Source: Acidimicrobium sp. (GTDB lineage: Bacteria > Actinomycetota > Acidimicrobiia > Acidimicrobiales > Ilumatobacteraceae). Taken from it: a DNA stretch of 64,000 nucleotides. This document shows positions 43,306-52,425 of this stretch, piece by piece (position 1 is the stretch's first letter; each line of letters starts with the position of its first letter). Made by a program: the position numbers and the translations under genes. Where the stretch lies: positions 16,891-80,890 of the forward strand of contig NSIC01000001.1 of NCBI GenBank assembly GCA_002737635.1, written 5' to 3'. Under the pieces are notes generated by a model that worked only from the letters and a program-made list of their open reading frames with translations, was not told the DNA's origin and made no database searches.

Positions 43306-44913
43306 CTAGCCATAAATTGCCGCGATGCTCCATTCGCCGTGTTCGAGCGCAACCAATAGTGCCTGCACTTGTCGCGAATCGTCTGACAGAAATTTTTCGA
43401 TCACGACTTGCAGTCGAACTAGGCGTCGACTGCGAGCAGTGTCCCACCATTTTTCTTCTATCGGCCACGGGCCAGCCCAAGAAATGATTTTGTAGTTTTG
43501 TCGACTAATTATTATTTGTGCTGGCTCGGCGCTTAACTCATGGCGCGCACTGACACGCAGCAAGTTTTTATCTTTGTCGACGACTTGCACTAGCAGCGGT
43601 TCAGAATAGACAACACTCGGTGACGGAGTCGGCAACGAACCTCGCCACTTTGGCTTCACGACTGAAGCATTTAACTCGTTATGTCTAGATTGAAAATGAG
43701 AAGCAGAAACAAGTTGAAAGTTGTCTTGCAGATCTCGACCACCTTGCCATTTGACTAGTTGAACAGCAGTTGAGCCCAACAACTCGGTCAACCGACCAAT
43801 GGCTCTAGTAGCTGTCTCGTCGATCTGAGTGACGCCACCCCACAATTTGAGTTGGCGCGCTGTGTCTGTGCGCACTTCGTCGGCAATCAACTGCACGCGA
43901 ACTAGAGCGCTTTTGTGCGACCAACTTTCGATTTGCCACTTGGCGCTCTCGGCTATCGCCCGAGCGGTTAAACCTTGGGGTCGATACCACAAGCGTTCTG
44001 AATGTGCGCCTGTTTCTGATTCAAATTTAAGAATTAGACGAACACAAATTGCCCCGTGTTTGACGAAATAATCACTGAACTCTTCGGCCATTATCTGCAC
44101 GTTGTTGAGCAGAGTTTGTTGATCTGTGATTGGTTCTTCGAATGTTCGCGAACACAGGTGCTCTGGTGGTGGCGCAACTGCCGCCAACGGGTGCTGTTCG
44201 TCGCCGCGAGCAAGCCGATGCAACTCGACACCCAGTTCGCCGAATCGACCAGCCAACACCGACTCGCCAAGTTTGCAGACATCTTGCAGGGTGTTTAGCC
44301 CAAGTCGCTCGAGTAACGAGACCGTTTCACTGCTGATATTGGCGAACTCGCTTAAAACCCTGACAGATTGTTGCGCAAGCCAAACTTTTGTTTGATCTGG
44401 TTTGACGATGAACGGCGTTTTAGCTTTAGCTGTATTTTTAGCTGTGCTTTGCGCCGAAATATGCGCGGCGATGTGGGCCGCCAGACGACTGTCGGCAATG
44501 CCAATGCCAAATTGCGAATCAGCAACTATTGAACTGTGCAAAGCCTGAACAATTTTGTCAGCCATCGGCTCGTCACCACCAAAATATCGAGACGGGCCAC
44601 GGGTCGCAAAGACAATCACACCTGGTTCGCTGACTTCAATTAGCGGAACCAACTCATTGACCGTTCGCACGACGGTGTTAAACGCCCGACGGTCACGATC
44701 TGGTTGATGGGTAGCGATTTCAAGATCTGGACAAAGCCCTTGGGCATGGCGGCGACGCATGCCGACTTGAACGCCATAACTCATCGCCGCCACAGAGCGC
44801 GAGACAACTCGCTGCCCATGCACGACGACACACGGGCTGTTCGAAGTTTTCGCCGCCACAACTGCCGACCAGTCGAGGCAACGCAACACCGCTAAGCGTT
44901 TTGGTGCAAGCAA
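43306..44913 (-). CDS. imuB: ImuB-like Y-family polymerase homolog
   Basis: GVQVGMRRRHAQGLCP, RGPSRYFGG, GIADSRLAA, LERLGLNTL, WAGPWPIEEKWW; between imuA and dnaE2. Confidence 0.9.
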   Translation of the reverse strand: MLAPKRLAVLRCLDWSAVVAAKTSNSPCVVVHGQRVVSRSVAAMSYGVQVGMRRRHAQGLCPDLEIATHQPDRDRRAFNTVVRTVNELVPLIEVSEPGVIVFATRGPSRYFGGDEPMADKIVQALHSSIVADSQFGIGIADSRLAAHIAAHISAQSTAKNTAKAKTPFIVKPDQTKVWLAQQSVRVLSEFANISSETVSLLERLGLNTLQDVCKLGESVLAGRFGELGVELHRLARGDEQHPLAAVAPPPEHLCSRTFEEPITDQQTLLNNVQIMAEEFSDYFVKHGAICVRLILKFESETGAHSERLWYRPQGLTARAIAESAKWQIESWSHKSALVRVQLIADEVRTDTARQLKLWGGVTQIDETATRAIGRLTELLGSTAVQLVKWQGGRDLQDNFQLVSASHFQSRHNELNASVVKPKWRGSLPTPSPSVVYSEPLLVQVVDKDKNLLRVSARHELSAEPAQIIISRQNYKIISWAGPWPIEEKWWDTARSRRLVRLQVVIEKFLSDDSRQVQALLVALEHGEWSIAAIYG

Positions 44914-44914
44914 T

Positions 44915-45562
44915 TTAGTAGTTACAAGTGACTAAATGTTCTTGCGCGCGCGCAACTCGACGACCGCTGACTTTGATCGCAACTTGGCGTTGCTGCAAGT
45001 AGCCGGCGCCGTTGTTGATGCCGCTCCAACTTTTTGTTGTGGTGTCTAAGACAACATCAGCGTGAAACGGGTGCGTGGTGTTTAAAAAATTTGGCTGAGA
45101 AAGCGTCGTAGTGTCGACGATGATCATCACCGAGCGCCGTGACTGCAATCGTGCCTGCACTCGCCTTGCGTCAGAAACCGAGAGCGATTCGGGCACTGCG
45201 ACTATCAATAAATCGAAGCCGTCAATTACGGCGGCCACGGTTGTCGACCAATCGCGAGACGACTCTGGTGGGTGTACAAAAACCATGCGCTCAAGTGCCA
45301 CACCATGTTCGACGGCGCACGAAATGCCGAGATGACTGACGCCAACAACCCCTAGCCATGAGCCTTGCTGTGATGCACGGGCGCAAAGTGAAAGCGCCAG
45401 CGATGCGGCGGCGTCACCACAGCAACGCACGATGCGTCCACGAACCAAACCTGCGTCGGGCAATAACCGACGAACTTGATCAGAGACGACGAAATTTTCG
45501 AGAACTTGTTTTTCAAAAAATGAATGTTTAGCAACGAGGGTTTTTGGCACCAATAACTTCAT
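44915..45562 (-). CDS. imuA: ImuA-like RecA-fold accessory protein
   Basis: LLPDAGLVRG, GSWLGVVG, HGVALER, DGFDLL, WSGINNGAGYL; no intact Walker A; SOS box upstream. Confidence 0.82.
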   Translation of the reverse strand: MKLLVPKTLVAKHSFFEKQVLENFVVSDQVRRLLPDAGLVRGRIVRCCGDAAASLALSLCARASQQGSWLGVVGVSHLGISCAVEHGVALERMVFVHPPESSRDWSTTVAAVIDGFDLLIVAVPESLSVSDARRVQARLQSRRSVMIIVDTTTLSQPNFLNTTHPFHADVVLDTTTKSWSGINNGAGYLQQRQVAIKVSGRRVARAQEHLVTCNY

Positions 45563-45575
45563 GCTTGCACTGTAG

Positions 45576-45589
45576 CGAACATATGTTCG
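45576..45589. promoter_or_regulatory. LexA SOS box upstream of imuA
   Basis: Palindrome CGAACATATGTTCG next to minus-strand -10 TACAGT, which lies 6 nt before the ATG. Confidence 0.92.
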
Positions 45590-45636
45590 TAGTAACCAAA
45601 TCGCTGATTATTTAGATTGAGCCTTGCTGCGCGCGG

Positions 45637-46095
45637 CTATGACTTTTGAGCCTTGCTGCGCGCGGCTCTGCTGCGCTCTAGCAAATGGGCTGGGACGAGT
45701 TTTTCAGCGGCGCTTAATTCGGGCACTGAACCATCGGCGCTTGGCGCTGTTGTCGCAGCCGGGGCGACAACTTGAGCCATCAACTCTTCGACACTCGGCG
45801 GCTTCATGCCCGGTTTCCAATATTGATGCAGATCAGTCACGATTTGGGCCAAATCGCTGTCGCGCGAACCAGGCACAAGGTCAACAGTCACGATGTTGGC
45901 AAAAACATGCACACCAAGAACTGCACCACTATTAAATAGTCGTCGGGCCAACTCGGCTGCCGGGCGCGGGCCAATCGCTTGGCTGGCGCTGGTGAACTTT
46001 TCGTGACCCTGACCAGTGAGGGTGCGATTCAATTCGAAACGAATGCGACCAGCAACCCCTGCGGTTGTTTGCTTGACATCTACGGGCTGACCCAC
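45637..46095 (-). CDS. Hypothetical protein with Nfu/NifU N-terminal-like domain
   Basis: RFELNRTL...LARRLF..GAVLGVHVFANIVTV; GTG 46095 preceded by TAGCCT-N7. Confidence 0.6.
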   Translation of the reverse strand: MGQPVDVKQTTAGVAGRIRFELNRTLTGQGHEKFTSASQAIGPRPAAELARRLFNSGAVLGVHVFANIVTVDLVPGSRDSDLAQIVTDLHQYWKPGMKPPSVEELMAQVVAPAATTAPSADGSVPELSAAEKLVPAHLLERSRAARSKAQKS

Positions 46096-46161
46096 CCGAG
46101 GCAGGCTAGTCAAAACTTTCGCTTTCACCAAACACCACATTGACGGATACGGTAGGTGTTT

Positions 46162-47439
46162 ATGGCCAGCGAACAAACTACAAACCTAACTATTGAGCAA
46201 TTCACGGCTGATGCCCACAAGTTTTTGGTGGCCAACGCCGAACCGCGCGAGTCGAAGAAGGCATTTATTTGGGGCGAAGGCTCTGACAATGTGTCGATGT
46301 TTGAAGAGCGGTCGAAACAGTCTGAAGACGAAATGGTGAGTCGCGCTAAGCAATGGCGTCAGCAAAAGTTTGATGCGGGCTTTGGGTGGATCTCGGGGCC
46401 CGAGCAATTTGGCGGCCGTGGCTTATCCAATGAATTCGAAAAGGCATACAGCAAAGCCGAGGGGCAATACAAAGTTACCAATCAATCAATTTTTCAAATC
46501 GGTCTCGGCATGGTTGCGCCGACAATTTTGGCGCATGCCAGCGACGAAGCTCGCGAAAAGTTTTTGCGGGCGATGTGGCGTGCCGACATCGTGGCGTGTC
46601 AGTTATTTTCAGAGCCGGGCGCTGGTAGCGATCTTGCATCACTGCAAGCAAAAGCCGAACGCGATGGTGACGAATGGGTTATCACGGGTCAAAAAGTTTG
46701 GACATCGGGCGCACAATACAGCGACATCGGCGAAGTCATCTGTCGAACCGACCCAAGTTTGCCAAAACACAAAGGCCTGACTGGTTTCATCGTCGATATG
46801 CACGCTGATGGTGTTGAGATTCGTCCGCTACGACAGATGACAGGTGGCGCAAGTTTCAACGAAGTATTTTTCAACGAAGTGCGCGTGCCCGATAGTTATC
46901 GGCTCGGCGAAGTTAACAACGGCTGGGGCGTGGCGTTAACGACGTTGATGAACGAGCGCGCTGCGATTGGCACGGCAAGCGGCGGCGAAACTTCGATGTT
47001 CACACGCATGCAAGCCATGGTGCAACATTTTGGTTTAACTGACGATCCGATTGTGCGCGAAAAAATGGCAGATCTATTTATTCGCACCAAAGTCGCCGGC
47101 TACAACAACCAACGCGCGATGGACAAAATTCGTGCGGGTCAAACACCTGGCCCCGAGATGTCTATTGCCAAGATGGCGTTGGTCGACAATCAAAAACGCA
47201 TGAACGATTTTCTTGCCCTCGTGCTTGGCAGCAAATTGCAAGCCGACACAGGCGAATGGGGCACCTACGCCTGGAGTCAGCTGCTGCTCGGTGCGCCCGG
47301 CATGCGAATCGCTGGCGGCTCAGACGAAGTGATGCGCAATATCGTTGGCGAGCGCGTGCTCGGTTTGCCAAAAGATGTCGGCATCGACTCGAAGTCGGCG
47401 TTTCGCGACCTCAAAGTCGGCACCCAAAAAGACAGCTAA
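46162..47439 (+). CDS. Acyl-CoA dehydrogenase
   Basis: CQLFSEPGAGSDLA, GQKVWTS, FNEVFF, LMNER, IAGGSDEV. Confidence 0.95.
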   Translation: MASEQTTNLTIEQFTADAHKFLVANAEPRESKKAFIWGEGSDNVSMFEERSKQSEDEMVSRAKQWRQQKFDAGFGWISGPEQFGGRGLSNEFEKAYSKAEGQYKVTNQSIFQIGLGMVAPTILAHASDEAREKFLRAMWRADIVACQLFSEPGAGSDLASLQAKAERDGDEWVITGQKVWTSGAQYSDIGEVICRTDPSLPKHKGLTGFIVDMHADGVEIRPLRQMTGGASFNEVFFNEVRVPDSYRLGEVNNGWGVALTTLMNERAAIGTASGGETSMFTRMQAMVQHFGLTDDPIVREKMADLFIRTKVAGYNNQRAMDKIRAGQTPGPEMSIAKMALVDNQKRMNDFLALVLGSKLQADTGEWGTYAWSQLLLGAPGMRIAGGSDEVMRNIVGERVLGLPKDVGIDSKSAFRDLKVGTQKDS

Positions 47440-48146
47440 TTAGTTTTCAGATTAGTTTTCAGATTACTTTTTAGCCACGGCACATAGTTGGGCATGAACG
47501 CCCACGAAGTGCGATGAATCGCCGATGGACCGTAACCCTGTAACGCGGCGCGATGCTTCGGGCACGGGTAACCCTTGTTCGTGTCAAAATGCCATTGCGG
47601 ATAATCACCTGCGAGCGAGCGCATCATGCGATCGCGCGAAACTTTCGCCAAGACTGAGGCTGCAGCCACCGATACACAATCGGCATCGGCTTTGACTTCG
47701 AGCATCACTTCGCGGGCGTGCGGCGAGACAAAATCCCAGCGGCCGTCAACAATTGCTGCGTCGACACTCGCAACATCAACACTCGCGCCGGCGAGTGCTG
47801 CAAAGCCACGTGCCGTAGCCAGGCGTTGTGCTGCAACCATGCCAAGTTGGTCGCACTCGAGCGCGCTCGCCGCGCCGATCGACCATCGCAGACATTTCGT
47901 TGCAACTTGCTCGAACATTTCTTCGCGCTGCATCTCAGAAAGTTGTTTCGAATCACGCACACCGCCTAGCAACACTGCCGGCTCGTCAGAAAAAACCATT
48001 TCACGACTCAACATCGCGATGCCGATTACAAGTGGTCCGGCCCAACTACCTTTGCCCACTTCGTCAATGCCGATGATTGTTTTCGCACCACGACCAAATA
48101 GCGACTGCTCTCGCGTCGCGTTTGGCCACGGCTTAATTTTTCGCAT
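47436..48146 (-). CDS. rnhB: Ribonuclease HII
   Basis: GIDEVGKG, VRDSK, IVDG, VAAASVLAKVSRD, NKGYP. Confidence 0.94.
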   Translation of the reverse strand: MRKIKPWPNATREQSLFGRGAKTIIGIDEVGKGSWAGPLVIGIAMLSREMVFSDEPAVLLGGVRDSKQLSEMQREEMFEQVATKCLRWSIGAASALECDQLGMVAAQRLATARGFAALAGASVDVASVDAAIVDGRWDFVSPHAREVMLEVKADADCVSVAAASVLAKVSRDRMMRSLAGDYPQWHFDTNKGYPCPKHRAALQGYGPSAIHRTSWAFMPNYVPWLKSNLKTNLKTN

Positions 48147-48156
48147 CAAGCACGAG

Positions 48157-49215
48157 TCAGCACAAATGCACGCTGGCCGGCGATGAACTGAACTCACCAA
48201 CCTTAAACCACATTTCGTCACGCAATAGTTTTTCGGCCGCCTCAGGCGTCACCGCAGCCAACAACCCACCACTCGTTTGCGGATCCATACACAACGCAAC
48301 AGACGAATCATCAGTAGTTGTGGCATCAAAACTGAAATGCTCGGCAACATACGCACGATTGCGCGGGTCGCCACCCGTGCGCACACCAGCCGCCGCCGCC
48401 TCGCGCGCACCCGCATATGCACGCAACCACGCCGCGCGCAACACCAGTTGCACACCTGAGCGTTGCGCCATCTCCCAACCGTGCCCAGCAAGGCCATAAC
48501 CCGTCACATCGGTTACACCGTGCACGGCAACACCGAGTTGTTGCAACTGTTCAGACGCAACACGGTTTAGCTTGCGCATGCCCGCGATCGCTTCAGCCTT
48601 GTCGCTCGCCGAACCATTAGCCAGCGTCAAACCGGTGCCGAGCGGTTTCGACAACAGCGCAACATCGCCGGCAACGGCACCACCTTTGCGAAATATTTTT
48701 TGTGGATGCACAACGCCCTGCACCGCCAACCCGAAGATTGGTTCGGGGTTTCGTATCGTGTGACCACCCGCCACAGATCCGCCGGCCTGAGCAACAACAT
48801 GTGCAGCCGCTGCAAAAATTTGCGATATCGCCGACGACGGAAAATTCTCTGGAAACGCCGCGATGTTCACAGCCATCACTATCCGTCCACCCATCGCAAA
48901 AACATCACTGCATGCGTTGGCCGCAGAGATCGCACCGAAGTCATCAGGGTCGTCGACCAGCGGTGGAAAAAAATCTGTCGTACTAACTAGCGCAACATCA
49001 TCCGAAACTTGATACACCGCAGCGTCGTCGAACGGCGCGAGACCAACCAACAATGCCGGATCAATATTTGATTTTGCTCCCTTTGCCAATTCGTCGACAA
49101 GATCTTTCAACAAATTCGCGCCCCACTTGGCTGCACATCCACCGCACGAAGTCCACTCGGTCAACTTCAATGGCGACAAACTCGGCGACGCACTGTTTAC
49201 CGATTCGCTAGCCAT
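48157..49215 (-). CDS. selD: Selenide, water dikinase (Cys type)
   Basis: GGCAAK, DDAAVY, TTDFFPP, SDVFAMGG, GGHT, TDVTGYGLAGH, DPQTSGGLL. Confidence 0.95.
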   Translation of the reverse strand: MASESVNSASPSLSPLKLTEWTSCGGCAAKWGANLLKDLVDELAKGAKSNIDPALLVGLAPFDDAAVYQVSDDVALVSTTDFFPPLVDDPDDFGAISAANACSDVFAMGGRIVMAVNIAAFPENFPSSAISQIFAAAAHVVAQAGGSVAGGHTIRNPEPIFGLAVQGVVHPQKIFRKGGAVAGDVALLSKPLGTGLTLANGSASDKAEAIAGMRKLNRVASEQLQQLGVAVHGVTDVTGYGLAGHGWEMAQRSGVQLVLRAAWLRAYAGAREAAAAGVRTGGDPRNRAYVAEHFSFDATTTDDSSVALCMDPQTSGGLLAAVTPEAAEKLLRDEMWFKVGEFSSSPASVHLC

Positions 49216-49224
49216 GCGCTCAGC

Positions 49225-50478
49225 CTATTTCATCGCTGCAGTTTGTGGCGCAGCAAAACCCGTCAACAAAGTTTCGCCACGCATCTCAGTGCCAGAGAAT
49301 GCAACATCAACCGCGCTCGCCGCAACGCGCGCGCCGATTGGTCCGTCAATTTCCCATAACAACGCAGGCTTCTCACCATGCCAACGCACTGCAAACGAAA
49401 TCAGATGCTCTGGGGATGCAACAAGCTTGTGACACTCGAAGTTCGCGCCAAGCCATGCAGCGTCGATGCCCCGCGGACAAATCTCGATCACATAATCATG
49501 GCGCTGCGCCACGAGTTGCGATTCAATCCATGCAATTTGACGCACGCCCGAGAAATCTGCCAGGCCGTCACGAGTAATATCCGCGCCCACATTCAGTTGA
49601 CCCCCAACAGCACCCAGCAAGCGCGACCACGCCTGAGCAACATCTTGTTGCCCGCGAGTCTCGCCGGCGCGATACAACACCATGCTCGCCGACAAAATTG
49701 CACGCTGTTCGAACCATTGCACGGTTTCATTTTTTGCGCACCGACGAATAATTGATTCTGTCGCCGTCGCCACTTCGTCAATCCACTCGCCCGGCTTGTC
49801 ACCGAGTTTCACTCGCTCAGCGCGATCTAAAATTAAATCAACAGCATCTTCGGTTTCGCCAGCCGGCAATCTCGAATTTGCCGTACCAAGCAGCAACTTG
49901 CATCGCTGCGTTGTCAACATAGTCGCCCACGAAGCCTCAGGCAGATCAATGCGGCTCGAAACCCGCAACGCCGCAAGCCAACCCCGTTCGACTTGCTCGA
50001 AACTCGGCAACGACTCAAGTTCTTGCGCCGAAATTTTGCGCCCTGACTCATTAATCAAAATCGCCGCACGCATCGTCGCATGATGCCCGACCGGAAACAC
50101 CACGCTTCCAGCTGGCAAATCAATGCCCTGCACACCAGTCGGGCTCGGCTCGCGCATCGTAGCGATATCTCCACGATCGAACGCGACAGCAAACGGCAAC
50201 GATGAGTCGTTATATATTTCGACAACAATCGCACCGCCAAAATTAGCGACACCATAAACCCGTTGCACGGCGTCACCACCTGGCACTTTGATTCGCGTTT
50301 CAATCACGGGCACCCCAGAAATCTCGCGTTGCCTCACCGTCGTCTCACGCGACGGTCGATACCACCGATCGTCTGCGGCGACAAACCACCGCAACCGCTC
50401 TTGGCCATCCACGAACACATCGCCCCATGCGTTTACAGCGCCAGCCCATGCGCCACCGCGCACACCAACCGCACGCAT
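49225..50478 (-). CDS. Hypothetical protein
   Basis: 417-aa ORF coupled to gpsA by a 1-bp overlap; no motif I can assign confidently. Confidence 0.75.
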   Translation of the reverse strand: MRAVGVRGGAWAGAVNAWGDVFVDGQERLRWFVAADDRWYRPSRETTVRQREISGVPVIETRIKVPGGDAVQRVYGVANFGGAIVVEIYNDSSLPFAVAFDRGDIATMREPSPTGVQGIDLPAGSVVFPVGHHATMRAAILINESGRKISAQELESLPSFEQVERGWLAALRVSSRIDLPEASWATMLTTQRCKLLLGTANSRLPAGETEDAVDLILDRAERVKLGDKPGEWIDEVATATESIIRRCAKNETVQWFEQRAILSASMVLYRAGETRGQQDVAQAWSRLLGAVGGQLNVGADITRDGLADFSGVRQIAWIESQLVAQRHDYVIEICPRGIDAAWLGANFECHKLVASPEHLISFAVRWHGEKPALLWEIDGPIGARVAASAVDVAFSGTEMRGETLLTGFAAPQTAAMK

Positions 50479-51473
50479 TAGTCGAACTCAGACTTCATAG
50501 TTCGCGCCATCAACTGCACGAGTGCATCTTTGGCATTGGTTTTGCCTTCGCATACGGCGGCAACCTGTTCTGTGATTGGCATCTCAATTTTGCATCGTTG
50601 CGCAAGTTGCAACACCGACAACGAAGACCGCACGCCTTCAGCGACCATCAACATCGATTCAGTGATCGACTCAATCGTTTCGCCGCGCCCAAGGCGCACA
50701 CCCACCGCCGTGTTGCGACTTTTGGCCGACGCACAAGTTGCGACAACATCACCCAAACCAGCCAGCCCCGTAAAGGTGTTCGGGTTCGCCCCCAATGCAA
50801 CGCCAAGCCTCGACATTTCGGCCAGACCCCGAGTAATCAGCGTCGCTTTCGAGTTGTCACCGAAGCCCATGCCTTCAACGATGCCCGCAGCAATCGCAAT
50901 CACATTTTTCACAACACCCGCAATTTCACAACCGACAACATCTGGGTTTGTATACACGCGCAATGTCGGCAACGAAATAATTTTTTGGATCATCTTGCCC
51001 ACCCGCTCGTCACCACACGCGACAACAGTCGCCGCCGGCTGCCCCGCCAAAATCTCGTGCGCCAAGTTCGGCCCAGTCAACACCGCAACCGGGTTACGCG
51101 GCATCAAATCTTTGGCCACCTCGCTCATCCGCTTCAAAGTCTCGCGCTCTAATCCTTTTGCCAAACTCACGATCGGCACATCACTGGCGACAAACTTGGC
51201 AACTTCAGTAGCGACATCGCGAAAACCATTCGAAGGCACCGCCATCATCACGATCGAAGCGTTCGTCACGACATCTTCTAACACCGACGAGCACCGCAAA
51301 CTTTCAACCAATTGCACGCCGCGCAAATAGTCGACATTTTCGTGGCGCATCGAAATTTGTTCGGCCAACTCGCCACGCCGCGCCCATAACACCGTCGTTT
51401 GATTTTTCGCCACCGCATTTGCAACCGTCGTGCCCCACGAACCAGCACCAACGACCGCAATATGGCTTTCCAC
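50478..51473 (-). CDS. gpsA: NAD(P)H-dependent glycerol-3-phosphate dehydrogenase
   Basis: GAGSWGT, AKGLE, GPNLAHE, KNVIAIAAG, GLAGLGD, SRN, VAEG. Confidence 0.96.
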   Translation of the reverse strand: MESHIAVVGAGSWGTTVANAVAKNQTTVLWARRGELAEQISMRHENVDYLRGVQLVESLRCSSVLEDVVTNASIVMMAVPSNGFRDVATEVAKFVASDVPIVSLAKGLERETLKRMSEVAKDLMPRNPVAVLTGPNLAHEILAGQPAATVVACGDERVGKMIQKIISLPTLRVYTNPDVVGCEIAGVVKNVIAIAAGIVEGMGFGDNSKATLITRGLAEMSRLGVALGANPNTFTGLAGLGDVVATCASAKSRNTAVGVRLGRGETIESITESMLMVAEGVRSSLSVLQLAQRCKIEMPITEQVAAVCEGKTNAKDALVQLMARTMKSEFD

Positions 51474-51574
51474 GCCTACAAGAGTATGCGGGCAAAGCAT
51501 TTCAGCCTTATCCGCCAGCGTCAGCGCTTTGTCCCGCAACGCCTGCACTGCGGCCAGAACCGTAGGCTTCGCAG

Positions 51575-52204
51575 GTGCCTTCGCAGCGGTCCGCACCAAA
51601 TACCTCGCTCGATCTATCGACAGTCGCCGTAGTCATCCCAGTCAAAGCATTTCACCATGCCAAAGAGCGACTATCTGATTTGCTGACACCAGCCGAGCGA
51701 ATCGTCTTGACAAAATATTGCGCCGATCGCGTCATCAACGCCGCATCCAACTTTGACGTGTTTGTCGTGTGCGACGATCCAGATGTCGCGCAATGGGCCC
51801 GCGACCACAAAGCAACAATCGTTTGGCAACCTGAGGTCGGTCTCAACGCCGCAGTGCGCGAAGGCGTCAATTTCGTCGCCAGGCAAAACAAGCAACTAGC
51901 AATTGTCACTCACAGCGATCTGCCACTCGCCACCGAATTCGATCATCTACTAAGCGACCAAAGCCCCGAAACTTTGCTCTCGTCGATAACGCTCGTACCC
52001 GATCGCCATCAAGACGGCACCAATGTGATGGTTTTGCCGACAAATTTCGACTTCGAATTCTGCTACGGCAAGAACAGTTTCACCGCCCATCAAAAAATAG
52101 CCAAAACTTATGGATTATCAGTGCGAGTTTTTCACGACTCAAGTCTCGCGGTCGACATCGACACCGCAGATGACTTGGCGGTTGCCCGACAACTCGAAAA
52201 CTAA
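51575..52204 (+). CDS. cofC: 2-phospho-L-lactate/PEP guanylyltransferase (F420 biosynthesis)
   Basis: IPVK..AKERL, GLNAA, SDLP, DGTN, SFTAH, DIDTADDL. Confidence 0.93.
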   Translation: MPSQRSAPNTSLDLSTVAVVIPVKAFHHAKERLSDLLTPAERIVLTKYCADRVINAASNFDVFVVCDDPDVAQWARDHKATIVWQPEVGLNAAVREGVNFVARQNKQLAIVTHSDLPLATEFDHLLSDQSPETLLSSITLVPDRHQDGTNVMVLPTNFDFEFCYGKNSFTAHQKIAKTYGLSVRVFHDSSLAVDIDTADDLAVARQLEN

Positions 52205-52232
52205 CGCACGACTAACGCACGACTAACGCTAC

Positions 52233-52266
52233 AAAAGAAAGAAGAGGGGCCGAAGCCCCTCTTCTT
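52233..52266 (-). terminator. Rho-independent terminator of the hup/small-peptide transcript
   Basis: Minus strand AAGAAGAGGGGC-TTCG-GCCCCTCTTCTT (12-bp stem, UUCG loop) followed by TCTTTT. Confidence 0.9.
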
Positions 52267-52306
52267 ACGGTATTCCGAACCAACTTGCTTGAAGTGGCTT
52301 AAGGCC

Positions 52307-52393
52307 TTATTTCTTTTTCTTAGCCTTACGACGCTTCTTTGCAGGTGCCTTCTTAGCGGCCTTCTTGGCCTTCTTGCGCTTTTTTGCTGCCAT
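52307..52393 (-). CDS. 28-aa Lys/Arg/Ala-rich histone-H1-like small protein
   Basis: MAAKKRKKAKKAAKKAPAKKRRKAKKKK*; RBS AAGGAG (52401-52406) 7 nt upstream; between hup and terminator; below ORF-track cutoff. Confidence 0.85.
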   Translation of the reverse strand: MAAKKRKKAKKAAKKAPAKKRRKAKKKK

Positions 52394-52425
52394 TTTATTT
52401 CTCCTTGTTGTTTGTTATTACTTGT

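Noticed and set aside
49120..49160. Selenocysteine codon in selD
   Set aside because: The active-site codons are TGC/TGT (Cys); no in-frame TGA
50427..51330. Long antisense ORFs (241 and 266 aa; similarly 20934-21680, 12785-13417, 60647-61354)
   Set aside because: They lie opposite or across well-supported genes and show no motifs
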